Shown: positions 46,639 through 60,067, counted from the whole stretch's first letter. The stretch is 63,995 nt of DNA, filler included, from Thelocarpon superellum (GCA_026025795.1; 8 parts of 8 records of this genome joined end to end with filler, not necessarily neighbours in it); one strand, 5' to 3'. Numbers and translations: made by a program. The notes: generated from the letters alone by a model not told the origin.

Positions 46639-48569
46639 ATGGAGGGTCCCGACCCTAGCCATGGCCCTCCATCCCCGTCTGGCCTATTCCAGGGGCGGAA
46701 GTTCTGGCTCTCGCTTCTGGTGCCATGCCGGTCCTCCATCAAAGAGCTAATCCAGGTGAGAAGACCGTCCTGGCAAAGCAGGACATGGTCCTTCAACCAC
46801 GAATACTGACGAAAGCTGCCTTGACCAAGCAAAATGGCGGCCAGGACGTTCCGCTCGAGCAGATGGCCGATGTCATGCTGGCAGACCACAAGAGACCCCA
46901 CAAAGCACCAACTGGATCGTACGACGTACCCATTCGGACTCCTTGCACATCTTGCCGATTATTGACCCTCAAGCAGTTACTCTTTTGAATATGTCACCAA
47001 GTCGGTCAACGCCGGCAAATTGCTAGAGCTCGAAAGCTACCGTCTCGGCCCCCCTCAGGGAACGGTCCGAGAAGTGGCTTCGGGCCAACCCACCAAAGCC
47101 ACGCGCACCAGGTTCACGGCGGAGGACGATCAGATCCTGTATGATTGGGTCTGGGGAAAGGAACGGGAGGGGAAAAGGGTCTTGGGGAACGAGATCTACC
47201 AGGAACTCGAGCGAATTGTGTGCCTCTTCCATCCCTCGGGGAGTGAGTGAATCTGACGGCAGCCCCACATAGAACCCACGCCACACCTCGCAATCGTGGC
47301 TGGACCGATGGAAGAAATATGTCAGTCACCTGCCGAGACCGTCCACAAACGACAATTCCGCATCTGCCCGGACCGTGGCTCGATCGAGCTCCGAGAATCG
47401 AGCTTCAGGAGCGAGCCCGCGGCCATCGTCCGCCCTGTTCACCAAGGACGACTTGGAATTTCTCCTCAACCAAGCCGGGGACATTGTGGACCTGACCAAG
47501 GAGTATGCCGAGCGCTTTTGGACGTCCGTTGCAGGGGAGGTGAGCTCCTTCACGAACCTTGTCGATGGACACGCCGGATCGCTGATGACGGATGCTGCAG
47601 CGTGCCGGCCTCCACACGGGTCCTGAGTGGCGCCACTTCTTTCACATGCATGTGAAGCCGATACACATTCAACGGATTGCTAGCGGCCACCCTGCGGCTT
47701 CGAATCTGCTAGAGGAGGTATCCGGCAAGACGAAGGCCGTTGTGGAATCAACCACTTCTCTATCCGCCCCCCCAACGTCGTTGCACCCAATCTCAGGATC
47801 GCCATCACTGACGAAGAGAAAACGGATGGAGTCGGATGAGTTGCGGAACCCGGATGACTTGGCTCAGGGGAATGGGCATGCAGGCAAACGGCGGCAGATC
47901 CGTGCGATCACGTACCGCGAAATTCCATCGACGCCCGACCGGGATCCAGACGTCGCAGCCCAAGGATCCCAGACGCTGACGGAACCACCGGTCGAGCCGC
48001 CATGCACGCAAGACATCCTGCAGAACCCGATCGATCCGGTGGACCTGACGATCCCGGAGCCCATGGGCGGCTGGGCTGGCAACCTGCCGTCGGATGTGCC
48101 GCAATCAGGTACCACACATCATCCACTTGATCGCGGCACCCAAGCAATGGACACGCAGGCAATTCTCACGGGCACGCTGCCGACGCTCGCCCTCGACGTT
48201 CCAGAACCTGAGGGTGGGTGGGATCTAGGGGTAGCTGATGAGCCTCCCGGCGGGACAGAGGCGGATCGTGGGGCGGTCCTTGGGCAGTGGATGGATGAGC
48301 TGATCGTCGCGGGCATGGCGGAAGACGACGTCATCTTGGCCCTGAAGTGTACCAGCATGCAACTCGATCTCGCGCATCGCGTCCTTTTCCTTCTCAACGA
48401 AGGTCACGGGATTCCCACGGATACGCGCGGGGTGTGGACAGCGGAGGATGATAAGGCCATCCAAGGGACGGAGGGGAAAGCGATCAGTCGCGTCATGGAA
48501 AAGCATGGGGAGAAGGCCGTTGAGGAGCGGTGGAAATTCCTCGGAGCATACCATGGCCCGGAGGGATGA
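46639..48569 (+). CDS. RAP1: Telomere-associated protein Rap1 (BRCT, Myb, Myb-like, RCT)
   Basis: LFQGRKFWLS..NGG (BRCT), RTRFTAEDDQILYDWV..GNEIYQEL..HTSQSWLDRW (Myb), ALKCTSMQLDLA..GIPTDTRGVWTAEDD..KHG..RWKFL (RCT); four introns. Confidence 0.9.
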
Positions 48570-48686
48570 CTCTGACTGCCATTCCGACCCAGCCTGGCTT
48601 GTCACGCATTGCGTCGCCTAAGTCGTAAACTGTCCTCTTGACCCCTGGGCCGGCGCGATTTTACGGTGAAATGTCTTCATTCGCGA

Positions 48687-49492
48687 CTATGCGTACATGT
48701 CGTCCCACACCTCTTCCTCCTCTTCGGCCTCGGCCGTCGCCTGTGCACTCTGAAGAGGAGCCTTCTTCTTGACGAGGTCGCGCCGATCGAGGGGGCACGT
48801 AGTGTGCAATTTCAGCCATGGCGTAATACATTCAAGGTCAAAGATGTGCGATTTATGGCAGGGGAGTCGGACGACCAGGGGATATTTGTCTAGCCGCCAT
48901 GTCAGCCCACCAATCCGAGACGCTTCTTTGCCCAACGACGAGAGATTGCGCCCCGGTACCTTCTAGAAAGGGGTTATTGCAGATCGGACACACGTCGTTT
49001 GGCTTGATCGATTTCTTCGACACGCGATCAAGCCCCGCCAGGAACTCCTCACTCACGCCCGCCACCTCTCTCGGCGGAGCATCCGCCTCCTCCATGAGAC
49101 TCTGAATCAGCATATCCATCAGTTCCGCATGGCTATCGCCCGCCACCGCCCCGCCGAACCCGCCCCGCCCCGCCGGCCCGGCCCCACTGCCACCATCCTG
49201 CGCGCGCATGACCTCAAACGCATTGGCAAGCAGACGATACGGAGCGGACGCGTCCACGGGGGTCGGGACGGCATGCGGGTTCGACGTAGACGAGGTGTCG
49301 ATGGATGAGAGCGCCGAGTGGAACGTCGTCATCGACGGTCGACGCCGTCGTGCCGGGGGGTCCTGGGCGCTGTCTGCCGCGGGGATGGAGTGTTCCACTG
49401 GCGACATGCAGCGATGCTGGTTAGCGGATTGCCTCGTACAGGTCCCATGTCGCTGCAGCTTGGAGCGTCCATTTACCTTCGTACGTCGCCAT
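48687..49492 (-). CDS. RING-H2 finger E3 ubiquitin ligase
   Basis: MATYE|VEH exon, GVSEEFLAGLDRV, CPICNNPFLE|DKYPLVVRLPCHKSHIFDLECITPWLKLHTTCPLDR. Confidence 0.9.
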
Positions 49493-49801
49493 GCTGAGCG
49501 GTCGTATACAGTGGGCGAGTCAAGTGCCGGAGGTTCGCGGGTCGACGGACGGCGAGTACTTCGTGTCCAAGCTCCTCGAGGCAGCCAGGCGTACGAGTCC
49601 GTTTCGTCGCCCCCCACTTAGCTTCGACTACGTCAATCAAATTGTCCACGTTGTTGCATCAGTGCGCATCATGTCTAGCCAGAGATGAACGCGCATGTTG
49701 CCATCGCCAGCCTCGAGATTCAATATCTCGAACGCCATGTTCAATCTTTTTCAGCTACACCAACCTAGAATCGATCGCTATTCCCCAAAAGACGCCACTT
49801 T

Positions 49802-50758
49802 CTACACGGAATGTGCCTCCCCTCCTTTAACTTCCACCGTCTCCTGACTCTTTTCTCGCTCGACACGCTGCCTGTGAACCGCGTTTATGTGGAAATTATG
49901 AATAAATGGAACGAGGACGATAAGGGCCATGATGCCGACGACCACGAGTGGCGTCAGGATAGCAAAGATGGCAAAGCCATATGCCACAATCTGCAGATGG
50001 CTATTGTAATGGACCCGATCGGTGCCCAGGCCGACCTGAAGCGTCGACAACACGGCGGTGATGTACAAAACACGACGGCCACCCACGCAAACTTTCGGCG
50101 GATGAAGACACCGTATCCGCTGTAGCCGTACAGACAGCCCCGGATCAAATTCCGACCCGCCAAGCGGTAGATCCGGTTAATTAGGCCGAGACGAAGTTCG
50201 CCAAAGTGACAGCGCAGGTTGACCTGGTCGAGGAGCTCATGGTCGACCTGGTCCAAAAAAGGCCGCGATCAACACCGCCCAGTTCCCCCAGAGGACCCAT
50301 TCGGGGAGCAAGCCGAGCTCCTTGGCGATCTTGAGGTCGCTCGGGTGGCCGATTAAGTAGATGTATGCAAGGAGCATGCCACAGGCCCGTCGGTGGTCGC
50401 CCGCGTCATTGCACGGCTGCGCAGCCCAGAAGTCGAAGTCTAAACGCGAAGACGGGCAGAGGTTTGATCAGAATGCAAGACTCTTGCTAAAGCAGGTGAA
50501 GTCGGTCTGCTCGGTCACGACAATGCTTCGTCCCATCATCTTTTGCTTGTGCAATGACCGCGCACACATGGGCCGGCCAGCGAACCATAGCCATCGATGG
50601 ATGTCATTGAGCCGCGCCACATCCAACCCCCCAGCGAAGGTAGCTTTGCATCTCCATCTCCGACCTCTATACCAGCTGGTCGGATCGGGTTTGATAGACG
50701 GCCGGTAGTGTGTACCTTGGTCTGGCCGACCGAGCTTCGAATCGAGATTGGCCGTCAA
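49802..50758 (-). pseudogene. DUF6601-like gene disrupted by frameshifts and stops
   Basis: LDVARLNDIHRWLWFAGRPM..GRSIVVTEQTD, then a frame change to HLL*..LIKPLP, later SDLKIAKELGLLP, FGELRLGLINRIY, and another shift before YITAVLSTLQVGL. Family name recalled. Confidence 0.65.
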
Positions 50759-51321
50759 GAGAGTCTTTGCCGAGGCCCACCATCACCTGGACCAGACTCG
50801 CGTCTTACCCGAAGGGAGGCAGCATACTCTGGAGAACAATGAACTCTAACTGTGGATCCAAGGTCCAGTTCGTTCAAGTACAATGTATGAAATGCGTTTG
50901 GCATATCCTCCGCTGCTACTAGTACATAGTGAATAGTAGGACGCTTATGAACTAGGACTTGCTCCGTGGACGGGTAGATGACTCTCGACGACTTCGCTCA
51001 CGGCTGACGAGCCGGCGGCACAAACGCGTGTTCGCGGAACCTGGTCAGGCGCTGCTGTGGCTGAGCATATTGTCTACCCGTAGCGAAGGAGACTTGACGG
51101 CGTCCAGGTGCAGAGAGTCGGTATGCGGCGCGTCTGCTCCTCTGGCACGCGAGTCGAAGAATTAGTGGCGCAACCGAAACCTCTGCCCTCCCGTCCCCGG
51201 TACTCGTCCCCCGTAGACTTTCACCCCGAGAACCCCACGATCACCCCACCACGGTCCCACCACGAGATCTCCTACCATTTACCGTCCGACTTGTGGCACG
51301 TCGACGCCATTGGGAAACATC

Positions 51322-51401
51322 ATGGCGGAAAGTGCAGCCGGCCCCGGCACCGCCCCGGAGGCGTTGCAAAACTTGCATCTCGACACGCCGACGGGGGAAA
51401 T
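51322..51401 (+). CDS. Probable cytosolic lysyl-tRNA synthetase 5' fragment, cut by the contig end
   Basis: MAESAAGPGTAPEALQNLHLDTPTGE resembles the LHLDxxTGEMVSK N-terminus of fungal LysRS; very short. Confidence 0.45.
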
Positions 51402-51501
51402 NNNNNNNNNNNNNNNNNNNNNNNNNNNNNNNNNNNNNNNNNNNNTTAATTAATTAANNNNNNNNNNNNNNNNNNNNNNNNNNNNNNNNNNNNNNNNNNN
51501 N
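51402..51501. other. Artificial contig spacer
   Basis: N44-TTAATTAATTAA-N44. Confidence 0.98.
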
Positions 51502-51522
51502 AAACCAGCATCGCGGCGCACG

Positions 51523-53181
51523 ATGGCCACCTCGTCCGACATTCCCGCCTACTTTCTTCAGCGCGAAGAGGCGGGATATCCTGTCGTCCACGGTATGGAG
51601 ACGGCCTGGCCCATTCTGACTTCGACTGACCCGACTGACCTCGAGTGACCTGCACGTAGATCTCCCCAAGTTTGATCTTGACGCCTACATTGCCAACTAC
51701 ACAGGTGCGTCGCTGCATACCCTGACAGTCTCTCGGGCCGCCTCCATCTCTTCGAGCTGACCCAGATCTGCCCTCCTGCAGGACGGACCCGCTTGGACCG
51801 GCTGTTCCTCATCGGATGCACCTGTCCGCCGCTCGCACTCGAAGCCCTAAAGGTCGCGGTGGTGGAAGCCACGGAGGGCAAAGATGTCGCCGTCTACCAA
51901 AAGATCGTCGAGACCATCCGACAGATGGCCCCCAACGATCCCGACGCCAAGCCCAACCTCGACTGGGTGGAGAGGATGGAGAAGCAGGTCAAGGCGGAGA
52001 CGGACCGACTGGAATTTGAACTCAAGGGGTACAAGAACAACCTGATCAAAGAAAGCATCCGGGTAGGTGGCCGTCTCATACGCCGCGTAGAAGCATGGGC
52101 CGCTGACGCGTCGCGCGGGCCAACAGATGGGCAACGAGGACCTGGGCTGCCACTATCAGGCCGTCGGCGAGCTGGTCCAAGCCTCCAAGGCCTTTGTCCG
52201 CATGCGCGACTACTGCACCTCGGCCAAACACATCGCCGAGATGTGCCTCAAGCTCATCGTCGTCTCCATCGAGCAGGGCAACTGGATGGCGGTGCAATCC
52301 AACACGCTCAAGGTCCGCAACCTGCAGCTTAAAGCCGAGGACGCGGCCGAGATGACGCCCAAGATCTGTGTCGCCGCCGGCCTGGCCCAGCTCTCCAGCG
52401 GCCGTTACTTCGACGCCGCCCAGAGCTTTCTGCAGACCGACCCGCAGCTGGCCAACACCTTCCACCAGGTGCTGACGGCCAATGACGTGGCCGTGTACGG
52501 CGGCGTCTGTGCCCTGGCCTCCATGGATCGCAAGGAGCTGCAGACGCGCGTGTTGGAGAACGCGGGCTTCCGCAACTATCTCGAGCTGGAGCCGCACATC
52601 CGCCGCGCCATCACCTTCTTCTGCAACTCCAAGTACTCGCAGTGTCTGGAGATCCTCGACGCCTACCGCGCCGACTACCTCCTCGACCTGCGCCTCCAGC
52701 CCCACGTCGCCTCGCTCTACGCCGACGTGCGCAACAAGTGCATCGTGCAGTACTTCATCCCCTTTAGCTGTGTCTCGCTGGCGGCCATGGCCACCGCCTT
52801 TGCCACGACCGAGCACGCCATCGAGCACGAGCTGGTGCGGATGATCGAGCGTGGCACCTTGGAGGCGCGAGTGGATACGCAGCGACGGGTGGGTGATGCG
52901 GGCCGCGTGATTCCCTTGCTCGCTCGCCCTGCTGATGCCCGGTGGATTAGTTGCTCGTGGCGAAGCAGACGGACCTGCGCCGCGCAGTACACACCGATGC
53001 GCTTGCCATGGCCAGGAAATACGAGCGCATGGCCCGTCTTCGACTGATGCGCATGAACATCACCACGGCTGGACTCGACATCAAGGGGTCGAAGTCGCAG
53101 CCGGCCTACGCTCCGGATCCAAGCAGCAATGGGTTTGGCGCGGGACACGGTGGGATGAAGGCGGCGTCCGGGCGCCGGTGA
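51523..53181 (+). CDS. CSN1: COP9 signalosome subunit 1
   Basis: FDLDAYIANYT|GRTR, ELKGYKNNLIKESIR|MGNEDLG, RMRDYCTS, DVAVYGGVCALASMDR, PCI domain IVQYFIPFS..LEARVD. Confidence 0.95.
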
Positions 53182-54166
53182 ATCGTGTATCTGACCCTTT
53201 TTTGCCCCACTTGTTCACGCCCATGCATCACCGGCCGCAGCATAGCACTGGCGTTAGGTGACTGCTCACTACTATGAAGAAATCTGCTCAATTGGCCCGG
53301 GCTCTCACCCAAACTTCTGCCCGTCCACGACCACCTCATGATCGATCGCGGCACTGGTAGAGCGACCGTCGGACGGTGTGCGGGTGTGCGAGTGTGCGGG
53401 AGCAGGTGCGGGTGCGTGATTCCCTCTCCCATCGACGCCACTGCCAAGCGGTCCCGTCCCGCCACCCGTCGCGGTGTTCATTCCAGGTAGGTCCGCGAGG
53501 GGGTGGGGAGCTGTGGGTCCCCTTGCTTCCACATCCCTTTTTCCACCGACGCTCATCACGACCGACCGACCGCCTGTGGTGTCTCATCCAATCACCATGC
53601 CACGGTAGGGTGCAAGGATCGCACTCCGTCCATCGTCCCCACGTCGAGAGCAGGTCTTCCCTTTGACCTCACGACGTACATTCCGCGCATTGTCATTGAT
53701 TGTGGTTCCGCCACCTCCATCCGGGCCATCCGGGCCATCCGGGCCACATTCGCTCCCTCCGACGCTGACGAGCGACGAGCGAGGAGTGACAAGCGACGCA
53801 CAAAGTACGCGGGTGTCCTTCTCCGGCGGTATACTTGAGCACACTTGAGCACACTTGAGCTCGTGTGTGACGTGAGGGGGGACGCCTATTGGCTCGCGGT
53901 CCACTACTTCATTGCGATCCCACCCGGTCCAGCAAATGAGAACGAGAACGAGAACGAGAGCAGACACCCGTCCAAAATTCCAACATCGCTCCACCGCCTC
54001 GACGGCCATTCCGCACGAGCCGCATCGTCCAGGCCCACGACGGTGATCGTGACTGATTGATCGAGCATGAGCCTTGCTCCCGCCCGGTCGTGGACAATCA
54101 AGCGAGGCGGATCCTCGAGCTCGTCGTGACTGAGTCGGAGCATCGCGAGGGACAGGACGGTCCCGC

Positions 54167-56090
54167 ATGGATCTCCGCCTCATGCATCTCTTCAAAATCG
54201 GCCTGTTGGCCTTCACCTGCATCATCATCGCTTATTCCCTGCGATATCTGTACGTGGTCGAGGGCCATCTGCGCAAACACCCCATCCCCTACCCCGCCGG
54301 CATCAAATGGTCCGCCTGGGCACCGCGACCCTTCGGCGCGACGCTGAACTCGAGTGCGAGCGCCGGTAGTGGCGGTGACTACGCGGCGGACGGACACCGC
54401 GCCTCCGTGACGGGCTTCGTGGCTGCCAACGCATCGTCCAGCAATGCGTCGGAGATCCCTCCCTTCGCCTGGCTGGCGACCGGAGCTCAGGGCGAGAACG
54501 GCTCGGCAGAGATCATCCGGCCCGCGCTCTCGGCGAAAGCACGGGTGGGCAAGGTGACGGTCGCCTCGGATCCGATGGAGGCGACGACGGCGCGCGTCCT
54601 CCAGACGCATGAGCGTCACGACGACATCCACGGCTACCCGTTGTACGTCCTCCGTCCCGGCATGCACGAGGACCATTGGACCAAGACTTCCTATCTCTTG
54701 TCCCTGCTGCTCAAGGAGATGGAAAAGCATCCCAATGAGCGCTTGCAGTGGCTCTTGTGAGCGTACCTCCCGCGGTCCGTTCCGTCCGGCGCTGATCCCT
54801 CGCCTACAGATGGTTCGACGAGCGTGCCCTCGTCATGAACCCCAACATCCCCCTCGAGATCTTCCTGCCGCCTCCTGAGTTCACGGACATCCACCTGGTC
54901 CTTGGTCAGACGCCGCTGGGATTCGACAGCGGCGTCTTTGCCGTGCGGGTCAATCGCTGGACAATCGAGCTCATGTCATCCACGACCACATACCACTTCT
55001 TCCGGTCCGACAGCGAGAGTGAGAGCAGCAGCGAGGCACAGACGAACGATTCGTCCACGCTGGAGAGAGTCTTTGACGAGGTGCTGGACGAGGCAAGCTA
55101 TCGGAAGCACCTCTCATACTTGCCACCCGCCATGTTCGGCGCGTGCGAGGCGGAAGGCGGCTCGGACCTGAACCAGACCGGACGGTTGCGTCACGGAGTC
55201 ATGCTCTGGCATTGCCCGGAGTCCGAGGCGCATTTGGATCGCGTGCAGGTGGCCTTGGACGTGGCGGAGCAACGGTCGGGCGAATGGGAGCTGCCGCTCA
55301 ACCAAACCACTTATCTTGACGAGGTGCGGGAGTTCTGGAGGCAGCGGAAGCATGACGAAGCCGTGGCGATTGAGCAGGCCAAGAACACGACCGACACGGC
55401 CAACAAGTTGATGGACGGCGTGCGAAAGCACCTGCAAGCCTTTGGCGATCAGCTCGACGAAGCGGACCAGAAGCGGATCAAGGAGCAGATGGCCGTGGTG
55501 CAGAAGCTGCAGGAGACCAAAGGCCACAACACGGCCAAGCTCGGAAAGGCGCTCGAGGGGTTACGAGAGGTACGTCGCCACGTACGACCTGGCGCTTGTA
55601 GCGGGATGCTGACGTGAATGATCGCCGCAGGCCGCGGAGAGCCTCGATGCCGTGGTCGCCGACGCCCGGGCCAAAATGCACGAGCACGCTCACGCCGTCC
55701 TGTTCGAGGCCGAGAAGGCCATGGTGGAAGCCACGAGCCCCGACGACGAGCAACTGGTCGAAGATGTCGAAGATGTCGAAGGGAAAGTCGGTCGACTCCG
55801 GACGATCTTGGTGGAGGCGGCGGATGACGAAGATAAGATCCGACAAGCCACCGAAGTGGTCGCCTTGGTAGGTCTTGCCCCTTGCTCCCTGGCCCCTGCC
55901 ATGAGATGGTGTCCTGCTCCTAGCCGAGGCTAATCCGCGGGCTCAGGTAACGTCGCATCTCGTGAAGAAGATTGAAGAAGAGAAGGTGGACTCTCCACTA
56001 CCGACCATCTATCTCGACGCAACGGCGATCGTTGCGGCTTCATCCGCACGAGAGACGCCAGTGCCCGAGAGTCCAGCAAAGCGTGCCTAG
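54167..56090 (+). CDS. Glycosyltransferase family 34 (Mnn10/Gma12-like) type II membrane protein with helical C-terminal extension
   Basis: N-terminal TM, VGKVT..THERH..HGYP..WTKTSYLLSLLLKE..RLQWL|WFDERALVMNPNIPLEIFLPP, SGVFAVRVNRW; introns near 54757, 55570 and 55868. Confidence 0.8.
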
Positions 56091-57826
56091 GGCGATGAGA
56101 TACACGGTCTTGGGCATGTGCCGGTCAGGCGGTGGGAGACGAGGACACGAATCGAAGCAATGCATCAATCTGGGGGGACAAGTGCAACCGATTCATCATG
56201 AGATTCATCGTTACCAGGATCATTGTCGTCTTCCCTTATGGTCATGCATGAGCATCGCCGCCCACAGAGAGCTTATATCCTTCCATGTCCGCGACGTCCC
56301 TGGCGACCTCGGTCCTTCTTGGTGGGGACCCGTGGCGGCGCTAAAGCCTGAACTATGTTGTAGCTTCCACGCCAACTTCGACCACTTAGTCTATCCGGTT
56401 GCGCTGACGTCGTCCCCTGAACAACAACTGCATTCGAGCGCCGTGAATGTCTTCCTTGTCCATACGGGGACATGTATTCATACCCTGAGTTTCGATATGG
56501 TGCACGTTCCTCCTGTGCCAGGAATAGTGCGGCAAGCGTAGGCTGTGTTTGCTCGCATCCACGATCGCCACGGTGGTATGGCACAAGCACAAGCACAAGC
56601 ACAAGCACAGCAATAGGACGTAGCGGGACATGCAGGCAAGGATATGAAAGATGCTACGGTGCTCATACGATCATGACGAATCCTCGTTCGTCGTTCCCGC
56701 GTCGCGCACAATCACGCCGCGTGAGTGAGCGAGCGAGGTAGCGGGGTGGCGGGCACGGTGGGCCGTGGAAGGATGGTGGTCCGTGGTCGTACTCGCAGGC
56801 TACGGATAGCCAGACATCCGGGGTCCACCATACCCTTGCTCCGCTGCTTCCGCTACGTGTACCAATCATCGTCACCAATCAAGGTCCCCATGCTCAAGCT
56901 CGCTGGCGGCTTGGCCTTGACCTTGCCGGACCGACCGTGAGAATGTTCGCCCAACACGGAGGCGTGGGACGTGGGACGAACGTCAGGAAACTACGTCAAC
57001 GATCTACGAGCACGAGTCCAGACGGCGCCTCGGTCTCGGGTTTGTGAGAGTTCCATGGATCGGTGCGACTTGTGTCTGCTCGAGGTTGGACGAGGAGGCC
57101 CAACTAATGCAATGGTCTCGGACACCGTTTGGCAGTAGGGCGGGCGGTGAGACCAGACTGCCATGGTGCGAGTACAAGTACTCGTAGGAGTCCACAGTTG
57201 AGAGCCCTCCAGCAAAAGGACGAGACAGCACCGAACCACCAAGCATGCAGCACGCAGCATGCAGCACGCAGCACGCAGCACGCAGCGCGCAGCACGAGTA
57301 GCATGGTCGAGCCTGGGCGGGACGACTGCGTCGAATCGCCCGCGGGCCAAGAAGAGGCCGCGACGGCGGTGCAAGGAACCATCCTGGCTCCTTTGGACCA
57401 TTTGAAGCAGCAGCTCTGCACGCTAGTCCCATCGGGGCCGGGGTCCACCGCACGCCAACCCGCCTTCGGCCGCCTCTCACGTCGATGACGGGCGAAAGCT
57501 TGATGGGTGGCGCCAACTTCGGATCCTCTCCAGCCCGGCCCGTCCACTGCATGCTCCCACCGCAGGCTGCACTACATGCTCTAGTCAAGCCACATCAACC
57601 AGGGCGGAACTCCGCAATGCCAACACTAGTCCGTAGCTTTCTCGTAGTCAACCCGGTGAGAGAGCTCCACCGTGCCAGCAGCCTTCTATCACGCTGGTCG
57701 CCGCGAGTTCCGCCGTGTCGATACAGCCTCACCGACCCATTCTCTTCTTCACCAGATCATCTCATCAGTAGCTGAGTCTTGTCGAACGTCTCCCATTGTG
57801 CCGTGGCAGCAGTAGGAGCCGTGACC

Positions 57827-59905
57827 ATGCCCGGGACGTACCCCACGTATCCGACGGTGCGTCGTGGGTCCTTGACGAGAGTGTCGAGCCTGAGCAACTC
57901 GGCCTCGGCGGACAGAGAGTCATCCCCCGCCTCGTCGGTGGAGGAGCCGGCGGTGAAATACCAGATTCCTCGACCGCGACACCTCGCGCGTCAATCCTAT
58001 CGAGCGCCCAATGTTCGACGATGGGACGGGCCGCGAAGAATCACGGCGGACTGGGATGCGCTGCGAAGGGTACGTGACACGCTGCTGGGTCTGGATGTCT
58101 TATTCCTGGTTCCTCATTGACGACTGCGCCGCAGGATCCTGAACTCTGGACTCCAGACGGCGATTGTTTCGTCCACTTGCACGGACGAGGACAGTCCCGG
58201 CGTGGGCCATCCTTCCGCCTGCCTTTTGCCGCCATCAAGGCCGCCCGCTGTCTGCCGCTGCTCGAGCGATACTCCATCCAGACCCTCCCAGCCTCACCGT
58301 ACTCCACCGCATCCTCCACCTCCTCCTTCGACAGCGGTTACTTTGGATGTCCGACCAGCTCGCACTCGACCGAGCTGTACGTCCCCGCCCCTCCGCATTA
58401 TTCCACGGAGCAGGCCTTTCTTTATCACCTTGCCACGCGCAACTTCTTCGCCTGGATCTTGAACAAGCCTCTGGTCGGCGCCCACCTGGGATCGGCCGCG
58501 GCGGACCTACTAGACCGGATGAATCGATTTCGATGTGCCGACGAAAACAATGCCGAGGCGATCCTGGCGTACTTGGATCAACAAGCGTACACGGACTTTC
58601 GGGAATGCCCGGACATGGCGCTGGCCATGCTTTACTTTGCAGAACGGCACAAGCTTAAGGAGCTGTGGATCGATGCCTTTGCTCACTGTACGGGGATGAA
58701 TGAACGCTTGAGCCTGAGCGCAGAGTTGCCCGTAAGTCTGCAGGGATGACGACGTACGGGTGCCTGGAGACTGACCATGATACCATCGTAGGCGGTGAGC
58801 CGAGTGACGAAACAATTGATCACGAGAGCGAGGCTGGAGATGGACATTCGAATTGAGCGGTGCAGCCACCAGTTGAACACGTTTCTGGACGACGAGCTGT
58901 CCGACACGTACCTGGGTCTCGGCAACGGGGCACGAGCACACCTGGAGCGATTCCGATCGTTCCTGCATTCCTACTACGTGGGCAAGTTTGGCTTCTGGCC
59001 GCCGGTGCATCAAGAGGGCACGCAGGCGTATCCACGAGCCATCTACACGGCCATGTACCAGGACTTCCGAAACGTGTACGAGTACCTGGTCGACAGCGAG
59101 TCAACGCCATCATTGGCGGACAATCTGCGGCCGGCGACGGGCGGACTCTGCGTGCTGCAGAACATTGCCGCGTTTGACCAACGACACCACTACCTCTCTC
59201 TCCCGCACCCGATGCCTCTGCTACCGCTGGCGACGGCGATGGCGCGACAGCGGTCGCTAGGGACGATGAGCCTCGGGCGATCCTTGCGCAAGGCCGCCAA
59301 AGCCGACAAGCGGTCGATGACGCTCGCGGGGCTCTGGGCCGCGACGAACTCGGACAACCTGACCATCCTGACGAGCCCGATGGTGCGCGCCTACATGACC
59401 TTTGAGCGCCAGAGCACCATGAAGGCAGAGGAGAAGGTCTCGGCGGCCGACGCGCGCAAGGTTCGCTTCCTCGCCATCTACGCCGTGCTTCAGACCCTCA
59501 TCTCCGTGACTCGTGCGCCCAGCGAAGTCGTCTACACCGAGGGCGTGAGCTACAACCTCTGCTGCCTCACGCACGGGACGCCACCGTGGGAGGGGCCGAC
59601 GGGATGCAGCCGATCTGGAAGCAGCAGCGGCGGAAGCCACGGGGGCATCCAGAGAGAAAGCAGCGGCAGCAGCGGTAGCAGCGGTATCAGCAGCGGCGGC
59701 ACATTCGACATTCGGCCCGACACCGACTACAATTTTGCATACAAAACGTCCCTGACGCCGAATCTCAGCGTGCGACATCCCCAGCCTCGCCGAGCGAGCT
59801 TCCATGAGATTCTGGTGCACGGGTACGGAAACGGATTGATGGACGCGGAGGTGTTACCTCGCGTGGAGGTGTCGGCCCCGGCGCAGAATGGGGAGGACAA
59901 TTTCC
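57827..59905 (+). CDS. Conserved uncharacterised fungal protein (DUF8004-like), 3'-truncated by the contig end
   Basis: RWDG..WDALRR|DPELWTPDGDCFVHLHGRGQSRRGPSFR, HLATRNFFAW, LWIDAFAHCTGM, DARKVRFLAIYAVLQTL. Confidence 0.75.
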
Positions 59906-60005
59906 NNNNNNNNNNNNNNNNNNNNNNNNNNNNNNNNNNNNNNNNNNNNTTAATTAATTAANNNNNNNNNNNNNNNNNNNNNNNNNNNNNNNNNNNNNNN
60001 NNNNN
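59906..60005. other. Artificial contig spacer
   Basis: N44-TTAATTAATTAA-N44. Confidence 0.98.
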
Positions 60006-60067
60006 CGATGACGTGTGCATCCTACATGTAGCGACGAGGAGAACCGACCGAACATGGCCATGACATC

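Noticed and set aside
17999..48569. TERT and RAP1 (and POP8) in one window as a telomere-maintenance cluster
   Set aside because: They lie on different contigs joined only by length sorting, so proximity is an artefact.
56273..56711. Signal-peptide-like ORFs (LCLCLC, LVLVLV)
   Set aside because: The hydrophobic runs are translations of a (GCACAA)n microsatellite, with no coherent downstream protein.
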